This document shows, in pieces, positions 54,118 through 64,000 of a DNA stretch of 64,000 nucleotides. This DNA comes from Chrysomallon squamiferum. Taxonomy: Eukaryota; Animalia; Mollusca. Within the stretch, counting starts at the first letter, position 1. The number at the start of each line of letters is the position of its first letter. The stretch is taken from positions 6,572,001 through 6,636,000 of the forward strand of contig CM022665.1 in assembly GCA_012295275.1 (NCBI GenBank), in the 5' to 3' direction. The notes under the pieces were generated by a model that did not search any database, was not told the DNA's origin, and was given only the letters and a program-made list of their open reading frames with translations. The position numbers and the translations under genes were made by a program.

Positions 54118-57100
54118 TTTTTTTTTTCAATATATAAATATTCTGTGTCAAGAAATTATACTTAGTTGATGAAATATTTCTTCCACTGATTTTTTTTTTT
54201 CTTCACATTTATGTGTTTGATGAACAAATTTAATTTGTGAAATTGAAAAATGTTTGTTCTGTTTTATGAATTGTTTTTTGATGTCATAAATAAACCATAT
54301 ACATATCATCTTGGCTTTCTTAATAGTTTGTGTTAGCTAGTTCATTGACAGTCAATAATTTGCTCTTTTTTATCTTTATCTTTGTAATCTTTATTAACTT
54401 CAGTAAAAATGTATAAAATAATAATTTAATAATGGTATTTAGATTTGTCGAGGAGACACTGAAGTAACTGATTTCAGACAGGGACCAGCTCCACTTGACC
54501 AGTATTTGGTGAGTTTGTCTTATTTTTCACTTCCATACCATATTTTATCAACAGTGTATTATTTAGTAATATTTAACATTTTCTCTTAATAAGAATGTTT
54601 GCTTATTATCTCAAAAAACTATCACCATCACATCAAATATTATTTCTTATTTTCCTACATTCTAAATTAATAATAAAAAGGATACTTAATTTTCAAAACT
54701 ACTAATTAAAAAAAAAAAAAAATAAAAATAAAGGAGGAAATAAACACCTATAATGTTAGCAGTTTATTTATTTTCTGTAAAGGAGAGTTATAAATTGAAA
54801 ACAAAATGTTTACAATTTTATTTTAATATGTGAAATGTCGTCACTACCTTGCATTTACAAAAAAATAATGTGATTCATTTCTGTCAGGACTTAAATTCAT
54901 TATTTATCAAAAATAAAGAGTTATTAAGTCATCCAGCCTATAAAATATTTTAAACAGAATACTGTTTTCTGACTGTTTAAACAGTAAAGAACAGTGGGAT
55001 TTTTGAAAGTTTTCAAATCTGAAAGCTTGTATAATTTGTAACAGGTGTTACAGTTGTACTAAGACATTCTGTTATTAAAAGTGTTGCCTTGGGATACAAG
55101 TATATTTATCACAGATTGAAATTTTTGAAATACATATATAACAAATTAAGGATGTCTCTCTCTTGGGCCAGTTCACATACAAATATTTGGAAAACAGCTT
55201 CTTTTATCATTTGTCATTACGTTTATTTTTCTTGTCAATTTTATTTATTCATTTTTATAGAAAAAAAAGTCATTACTAGAATCAAGTGAACCCATTTTTT
55301 AAAAATCTCATTAGTTCCTTTCACTCTGAAATATAGCAGTTTCTTCTTTTATACATTAAACACACCAACATAATTATTAATAGGTTATAAGTAATGATTT
55401 TTCTTCAAACTGTATTCTTCCTTCCTGGTTTGCAGACCAAACACTGACAAAGTCTTGTGTGGTAAATCTGTTCTGTTACAAAATCACATTTTTTATTCAG
55501 TTTTGTCCAAGTATTCTTGTATACATTTTCATAAATGTTCAGTTTATTAATAAATGAAAAATATTACTTATTAAATATAAAAAAGAGAGTATCAGATAAT
55601 ACAAGCTCTAAATAATTAAAATAAGAAAAAATGAAAACATACATGAAATGTTGCATATAAATTGGACTAAATTACTGTCTTCGTGGACTTTCTTCTTTCC
55701 TTCTTTTATTATTCGTATGTCAGTTTTGAAATAATATAACGGATATTTGTTATTTTGTAACAAAAACACTTTCATTCTGTAATCATCAATGTACTAGATT
55801 CTAACACAATTTCCTAACAATGAATGCTTAAAGATAACAACTTTTACATTTTTATTAGACATTTCACATTTTTTTGCCTGTCATGCTGCAGTTAGGTAAA
55901 AATTTTGTATAACCTATGATTCAGAGATAAAGAAGTGACATTTCAAAAAGAAAAAAAACAAAACAGATCAGATATTGAATTTGCTCATCATGATAAATAC
56001 ATGGTAATTACTTGTGCAACAATGCACTGAATGACACAAAATTCTACAAGGAGTTACAGTTACGGCAGTAATTTGCTTATGCGTAAATTGTCTTTGTACA
56101 ATTAGATGTGAACTATACTGGTGCCAGAAGAAACACAGATTCATGTGTGGAATACTGATTTTGTTATGTTTTTGTCGAGTGCATAAAGATCACAATAAAC
56201 ATTCCATGTCAGTGTATGACTGTGCAAATGTAACAAATAGTGTTTAGCAAAGATACCTATTTCACATTAGTGGCACACTGCCAAATATGGGTCTGATTTA
56301 ATAAGATACAATCATCCTACTAAAGGTCAAATGTTATATAATGTGTACTCAGCACTGAAACATTCAACCTGTTGTAGGTAATAACATATTTTATTATCTT
56401 GTTTTACTTAGAAGTGCATGTAAAAGTTATATATAGCTGAAGTTAGAGTCACTATTTATGTTAAGATTACATTCATTTTATAGGAAGGACATCTCAACAA
56501 CATGATTTATAATACTTAATCGATAAAACCCTTTATTATGTGGGTGTTTTATTTGCATTAAAATAACTTTATATCAGTTATTAAAAAACTAATTTTGTAG
56601 AAATACCCAGTTGGCAGGGAAACCAATCTGCAGCCCAAACTGAATGACGACAAGAAGGAAATGTCCAGTGTTCCTGTTCCTGACAGGTTTAGTCAGGCAC
56701 ACTGTTCTTCAAGAGGTTGAGAACTCTAGAACAGTTCTTGAAACCAACTTGAATAAAGTTCTGAGAAACTGGAATGACAAAGGAATTGGTCATCTTGTGG
56801 ATGACCTCTATAAAGACAGGTATACAATAACCAGTCAAGCAGAATGTTTTAAATTTAAAGGTTTGAGATGAAAAGAAACTTTTTTTCATACCATACGTAT
56901 TTTCCCATCAGTATTTTGAGAAAAATTACTTTAAATTAGCAACTAAAACTGATATAAATAGATACTTTACAAATAGCCTCTTAATTCATAAATTAATGTT
57001 AAACAACATCTAGAATACAAAAGCTGCATTGAATTTTTCCTTTTTAAAAAGTGATATTTCAAGAATTATGGCTGTTTTAAAATACTGTTCATGAAAAAAT

Positions 57101-60100
57101 AAATACTCTGTGAAATCAATTATTACTTTTCAGTACTGAAGAAGGAAAATCGCGAATCACCCACTTGGTTGACGGCTACATTTCTTCACTGCAGAATGAA
57201 ATAGATGTGAGTAAGAGTTAATACTGAGAAGCTTCAGTATTCACACTAAACAACTTTCAAATTGATCTCTGTACTTGATAACTGTTTTCAGAACCAGTCT
57301 CTACATCATCTCAGTGAAGTTTGTGCAAAAGAGACATTGATATTTTTTTTTGAGTGAAAAAAACATTTACTTCAAAAATAACTTCATATCATTTTACCAA
57401 AGTAAGCATTAGTAGGTAATTAGAAATTGGAGATTTAATATAATAACATAAAGACTGTTATTTTCTGTTCATCTGTTATTGTTAATCTGTATTCCAGAGA
57501 GAGGTGCAGTCTGAACTGGTTGAAATGAACAACACCAAAACACATCCTGCCTCTGTGCAGTCAAGAAAAGGCTTGAAGAATCTGCCATTGAGAACAGGCA
57601 TCAAAGTTCAAACACAGAAACAGTCTAGAATTGACACTGGGCTAAAAGAAAGATTCTGTGAAGACCAGAGTAACTGCAGGAAAGGGACCAACAATGGGAA
57701 AACCTAAACCTGTCAGTAAAGTATGTGCTTTTCATATACACATAATAAGTAGAATAATATCTTCATCTGATTTTTATATCTTTCTGAATTTCTTACCGTT
57801 GTCGCGATGGTGTTTGAATTTTAATTTATTACTTTTTTTTTAAATATTTTGTAATTTTCAGAAGTTTCAGGATGAAAGTTTTCTGACAAAGGTATATGGA
57901 AAAGCTGCTTATCAGAAAGGACGGACCACTGTAAAAGATCCTTACCTATTCTACAGAAACACTAGCAAGCCCAGACAACCCAGAACCCCAGCCACAGTAG
58001 AAGTGCCTGGTAATTTTCTTTAGAGTTTTTGCTATTTGTGTCCTTTGGTATGGAAAGGAGAAACAAAATATTGTAAAATCATTTACTTATAAAAAAAAGT
58101 AGTGGAAAGAACCACTAAATAAATGTTGTTTTACTTTCTGTTTTACATTTTTTTTTTTTTTTTGCCTCCCTTTTTACACGAATCCATTTAGCAGTTAAAA
58201 TGTAGATATTTAGAAATATAATTAATCATCAGTATAAATCCTTTTATTTTTATGAAAATCATTCATTTCAGCTACAGAAGTAAAATCATCAAAGACGCAA
58301 ACCTCTCCAGAAATGAACAATGGTGCAACAGAACCTTACCAATTTTACTTCAGTCCTAACACAGGATATGTGCCCCTGCATCCAGGAACATCAAGTAAGT
58401 ACACACAGAAGAATAAGATAAATCATATATAATTCTAATTTTTTTTTTTTCACAAAAGTGTAGTTTTAAAAAAAATCTTTCTTGTCTGTTGTTTTAGAAA
58501 AAGCCTTATCTTAATCTCATTACAAACCATGTCTTTTTTTTTTTTTTTATAGTTGTTTATAAAAATACTGAGATATCATAATGTCCCACTGAAAGTGTGA
58601 TACAATACATCAAAGCTTTTGTTGTAACTTAATGTACTGTGCATGCTAAAGAGGTTAATTTGTTAACAATATTTTGAATTTTCTCTATTATTTTGTTCTT
58701 TTTTATTATTATTATTATTATTATTGTTATTTTTATTTTTATGTTACAGCACCAATAGCAGGACAACTGATCCCAATGGCTGTACAACTGCGTGAACCGA
58801 GAATGGATCCAGGCCTTGTTGTGTCAAGAACTGTCACTCCAGTCACTGTGAAAGTAAAGTCACCTTCAAAGTCTCCACAAGTTACTGCTGCTGATAATGT
58901 GGCTGTTGTGTCCATGCCTACAAAAACTACCTCTAAACACCAGCCAGAGTTAACTAAACAGGTATTTGTGTTTATTTAATGATAATGTTATAGTAGGTAT
59001 TAAATTTAGGTTAATGTGAAAATTTTACACTAAGTAAGAGATTTAAGCTAAAATTTTAGACTTTGAATATACAATTTTAATATTTTAATAAATTAGGTTC
59101 TGTTTCTCCAATTAGAACATTTTGACCAGCAGCATCTGTATCTTAACAGAAAATATCTTAATCTACCAGAATGTATTTGAAAATAGAGTTCAGACATAAT
59201 ATTTAATTGTTCTCTTGACACCAGAATTGATGTTATTAACCTCCATTGTCTTATTTATAACTTCTAATGATATTCTAGGTTCTCCCATCAGTTGACATTG
59301 ACAGTATTTCAGAAACACCATCATCTGATGTACATATTCAACCTCCAGAAACAGCCAACAAAGTGCATTTTGATGTGTCCTATCATTACAGTTCAGAACA
59401 GGTGATCCATCATTTTATTTAACAGCATTAAACCATAATTTTTTTTTTTTTTTTTTTTAAATTACATATACTCTGTCAAAAAAGAAATAAATAAGGAAAA
59501 TATTCATGGAATTATCTCTTTGATACAAAGTGACGTAATTTAGTTATTTATGATTGTATCACCATAAAAATTTTGCATGAGTATGTGACAGTGTTCTTGC
59601 TGTGGACTGACTTCACTAAACAGCATCGTAAGAGGTTGCTGAAATCAGTATCTTGTATGGCCACCAGCAGCAGCAGCAATCACTTGCACAACAACCCCTT
59701 GGAATAGACTGAATGAGTCTCTGAATACAGGCATGTAGAATACTAGTCTATTCTTCCTGCAGTGCACCTGAGATTCTGGGTCACACTGGCATACACATCT
59801 GTTCAATTTGTCCCATTGATTTTCAGTGGATTTGAGATTTGTACAACAGCAAACATGTAAATGTGAAGTTCCACAATGTGCATTTAATTTCTTTTAGGCT
59901 GCCTTTGGGCATGCTATCCCATTTCAGGAACATTAACAAACATGGTAATTGAGCAGCATTGCTAAAAAAAACCCACCAAAAAACAATATTTTGAAAAATC
60001 AATTATTTCTTTTTTATTTATTTCCTATGCATTTCTTTTTTTGACAGAATATATATATATATGTGTGTGAAATTGGTTTGAGATATTTGGTAGTTTCAGT

Positions 60101-63100
60101 TTTTAAAAAAAATATATATACATTTTATTTAACTTATTGATAAGTATCATGTTTTTCCAAAACATGCTACAAAATTCCAAAATTTATAAATGTGTTCTTT
60201 TTTTTCTTTCTATTTTTTTTTTAATTTTTAAATATTTTTTTAAACAAATCCAAAAAAATATTTATCACAATTTTGACATTATATCATGTACACAAACAGT
60301 TCGATTTAAACATCAAAAAAAAAAAGGAAATGAAATATTGAATATTTTAATTTTAAAGGAAGAAGTTGAGAGTGATTATGAAGAAGATCAGTCGGGGACA
60401 GGTATTGCTCTACCTGGTCATGTGCCACCTGTAGCAGAGTACAATGGTCCAGATTTCCCCCCAGCTGCAGTGCCTTCCATGAACCCAGAAAAACCATTAA
60501 TTGAGCGTGAACCCACATCCGATGTGTTCATTGATGATCTGAGGAGGAGAGATCTTTTGGAACAAAAAGCTTTAGAATGGTACATGTTCCATTTTATTAT
60601 CTGTTTATATCTTAACATGGTCTGTATTGCCTTTTGTTTGTCATCATTTTGCCAATTGGTGACAAAAAATAAACGGATTACTTCTGAGGACATTCATAAG
60701 TGGCAAATGATTTTGAAGGACGCTGTCTTAGGTGTAAATGTTGTAGAATGAAATGTGTGGCTCAGGTCTGTTTATTTTCTAATTATAAGTATAAAAATAT
60801 TTTTTTATTTTTTTTTATTATTTCAGGATAGAGCAAGAGATAATGGCTCACGCCCTGACGACAATGTTTCCTCACCGTGCTGAAGAACACATTGCTCATC
60901 TCAATGTGAGTCAGGCTGTCTCAGAGGAGAGTTCACCAGAGGAGTCCCAGCTAGGTCAGTTAAATAGACAATAAAATACTTAGTTTTCAGTCCTGTGCTG
61001 TCTCAACAATACAAATAATCACACAGATAAATATTTTTTAAATATATTTTTAAATATATTTTTCTTAATTTTTAAATTTGTCAGATTTTGATGCCATTAA
61101 AATAGTTGTGCAATCATTACAGCAGTTTTTCTTTGTTTTTAAGTTATGGAAACGATAGGTCAGGATGGACTCCAGTTATTTGTGAATGCAGGCCAGCCTG
61201 TGGACAACACTTTAGTGAATGCTCTGGTGAAGGAGGTGATTTCAGAGAAGGTTATTAACATGCTGGGTCAGAGAACTGATGATAGGACAGAATCACATCC
61301 AGTGGTTCAACAGACTGCTCCTGCAGAGTCAGATAGAGATATTGATGAGGAACTGGATGATCAAGTTCAGGTACTATAAGTTATTACTGATAGTTTGACA
61401 GAAAATTATATTACCAGATACTGTAGGTTATTAATTTATTACTAACAGTAAGGTCAGATACAGCAAGATGATCTCTGTTCATAGTTTGATAGAAGGTAGT
61501 GTGATCACATATTTCATAGAACATAGAATGATTATATTATAGTCAGTTTTATAGAAATTAGTATTATCAGGTTATACATGATGTTACTAGCTGTTGATAA
61601 TGTACATAAAGAACTGATGTGCTGTAAAAATACTGGTGATGAATATTTTAAACTGACCAAGCATCACACTTCACAGATCTAAATGTTTTTTGTATTCAGA
61701 GGATGTGCCAGAACAATGTATTGTATCATAAAACTAACAAATTTAGGTTTCAAGATAGAACTTTTCCTTTTACAGCAGAAAATACCATCACAAAGACATG
61801 TAAGGACACCCGAACTAACTCCTAAATCAAGTCCAATTACCTCCCCTGCACGACGTTTGTCACCTTCACCACCACCAGCAACACCAGACAGGTCTGATGC
61901 AGAGGTGGAGGAGGAATGGAAACCTGATAAAGTAACAAAAACACAAATGGTTCAGACTCAGACAGAAATAGAGTCTGAAACTGAGGAATCAGCATCAGTT
62001 GATTTAAGTGAAGAACTGAGAAAACTTCAAAGTAAGAACATTGATATTGCTATCATCACTGTTATTATTATTTTCTTCTTCTTCTGTAATAACTTGATAA
62101 AAGTATTGATTGTTCAAATAATAATTAAGAAAAGACATTTTTTGAATTTTCAGCTGTTTTACTTCTAAATTATGCAGTAAAATATCCAAATAAACCAAAA
62201 TACTTTTTTCATGATACATAAGTTAGATATTTTGTTCTATTATACTGTCATTATTAAATTGTTTTATTTTGTTGTTATTATAATATTACACTTACCACTT
62301 CAGACAAACTGAAAGAAGAGGAAACAGGAGAGCAGATTGAGACACATCATGATGTGATCACTCCTGCTTTAACTCCACAGCAGTCTCTTTCTGAACCTCC
62401 ACCACAGCCAAGTACTACACCACCACCTTCACCACCAACCAGTGTCAAACAAGAAATTCAGCCCGAACTTCCTAAACCTCAGGAGGAAGCAGTAGAAGAG
62501 AAAATAACACCCAGTCCTCAGCCTCATTCTCCACCCCCAGAAGAACCTGATACAAGAAAACCTGAGCCAGAAAAACCTAAACCAGTGTATGATGAAATTT
62601 ATATAAGATTCTGCATTTTTTGTAATCATTTGGAAACTTTGTATTCGATTTTGAACATTTTTAATAAATGTTTAATTTCTAAAAACTAGTTGCAGCTGCA
62701 GTAATTGCTTCTGATGATGTTTTCACTTCTTTTGTATTAATAAATTGTCCATTGTAATAAATAATTGTTAAAACACAAGATCACTTTTTGTTTAGATTTA
62801 TGGGTGTTTTTTTCTTCTTTTCCCCATGTTTAAATTTTTATTAATTTATTAATTTCTTTATTTATTATATTATTCAGTGTTACGACAGTAGAAAAGGCTG
62901 TGGCAACTGAACAAGAAGAGCTGCCTAAAGAGACTGAGCCAAGCATTCCAGCTGCACTAGAATCATCTTCTGTTTATGAAGATGAAGGCAGTTCTCCTGT
63001 AACTAGTACTGTTGGTGAGAGTATTTCTGAAGGACAGTGGCTGCTGGATCGCAGTGAGGGTCAGGTTGCAGACTTCCCTCTTGATGAAGGTAAATGATTT

Positions 63101-63559
63101 TAATTTTAATCTTCTTAGTATCTAGGACTAAGAAAACCTGAAATAAAACGATTACAATTAATTAAAATGTATGGGTTTTTAAGTTGTTTTAATTAAATTT
63201 TTAATAATTACAGTATCTTTTTTGTACACAGACTTTATTTTTAACATCAGAAGAAAAAAATCAAATAATAATATATTCATTCTGCTATTATATTTATCAG
63301 ACGCTACTTATCCACCATATATTTTCATAATAGATAAACAGAAAAATTTAATCAGAAAACCAAAACATTATGCTGGACAAAAAAAAGAAAGCAAATTGAA
63401 TGTAATGTTAAATATGTTTAAATATAGCAGATATTACAGTTAATACTGTTGTGTTATATTTCTGTTGAAGCTGCTCAACACTGGATAGCCCAGAATTTAA
63501 GACATATTGGTGATACAAGCGCTGTCAGCACACTAAGAGATACAGAAGATTTAGATATG
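53328..63559 (+). CDS. KIAA0586: TALPID3/KIAA0586, 3' block of at least 17 coding exons; continues past the window end; two apparent frameshifts
   Basis: Exons 53328-53421, 53931-53972, 54443-54508, 56601-56819*, 57134-57206, 57498-57720*, 57862-58009, 58272-58394, 58750-58961, 59279-59401, 60359-60579, 60827-60954, 61144-61370, 61776-62031, 62304-62586, 62878-63089, 63471-63559 (* = frame broken). The first exon enters in phase 2, matching the exon that ends at 31375. Motifs VLQEVENSRTVLETNL, TKVYGKAAYQ, VKSSKTQT, GQLIPMAV, QVLPSVDIDSIS, LEWIEQEIM, LQLFVNAGQPV and SISEG match recalled TALPID3 blocks in the same order. Confidence 0.88.
59469..60051 (-). mobile_element. Internally deleted, decayed Tc1/mariner element (about 580 bp) in a TALPID3 intron
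   Basis: TIRs TACTCTGTCAAAAAAGAAAT (from 59469) and reverse-complement TATTCTGTCAAAAAAAGAAAT (to 60051), each flanked by TA. The minus strand at about 59850-59645 encodes broken Tc1 transposase C-terminal motifs: ENQWDKLNR, ALQEE*, IQRLIQSIPR, VIAAAAGGHTRY* (stop at 59647-59645). Confidence 0.85.
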
Positions 63560-64000
63560 GTAAAAATAACAAAAAATTGATTTCAGTTTAGATTAGATGA
63601 TTCTGTTGATTACTAAAAAATACAAGGGAACATTTGTGTATGAATGACAAAAGATCAAAATGTAATATTTTCAAAACTTCAACCTGATCCACTTTAGTCA
63701 TATTTCTAAAAGTAAATGTTATTTCCAGATATGTATCTCTGAGTTTTTAAATTAAGATGTTTTATAGAGACCACAACAAATGTGTTAACATTAGCAGATA
63801 AGCCTTTGAATGATTAGAATATGTCCTCCCCACATATTTTTGATGATCAGCTTTATATGATTTGGCAGATATTTATTTGCATATGGTGTTAAACCAAAGG
63901 AATTTAAAAAAAAAAAAATTGATATAGCAATAGAAAATTTGCAGATTAGGGAAAGTGTCTGAATGATGATTAGGTCATTCTGATTAAAAAAACGAAAAAA

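Noticed and set aside
56690-57705. Programmed ribosomal frameshifting or pseudogene status to explain the two TALPID3 frame breaks
   Set aside because: No convincing slippery heptamer with a downstream structure. The breaks fall in dinucleotide or homopolymer runs, and all other exons and splice sites are intact, so sequence error is more parsimonious until reads are checked.
61380-61600. Possible highly degenerate tandem repeat (recurring tagtttgacagaa/tagtttgatagaa)
   Set aside because: The unit length could not be defined by eye.
1-64000. CRISPR arrays, tRNA, rRNA, snRNA or snoRNA genes
   Set aside because: No repeat-spacer pattern and no recognisable structured-RNA signatures were seen. 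An Infernal/Rfam scan would be needed to exclude small intronic RNAs.

Overview
AT-rich, microsatellite-dense animal genomic DNA with GT-AG introns and a mosaic CpG pattern. It is most likely from a non-vertebrate bilaterian such as a mollusc (inference). Gene models were built by hand from splice sites and codon phases. In order: the first coding exon of an unidentified minus-strand gene that runs off the left edge; about 13.5 kb of gene-free, CpG-retaining DNA; a 9-exon Rab32/38-family GTPase (+) whose switch II reads WDIAGHE instead of WDIAGQE; a 5-exon C1orf198 homolog (-); a 312-bp TIR element with a 4-bp target duplication; TIMM9 (-) head-to-head with TALPID3/KIAA0586 (+), which runs off the right edge. 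The most notable structure is a complete 600-aa IRF2BP-family gene nested on the SAME strand inside a 21,952-bp TALPID3 intron, with its own CpG-rich promoter. This arrangement echoes the human paralogous blocks ARID4A-TOMM20L-TIMM9-KIAA0586 and ARID4B-RBM34-TOMM20-IRF2BP2. Two TALPID3 exons carry apparent frameshifts, which could be assembly errors or real lesions. A decayed Tc1 element sits in a later TALPID3 intron. No rRNA, tRNA or CRISPR array was recognised. All homology calls come from recalled motifs, not database searches.
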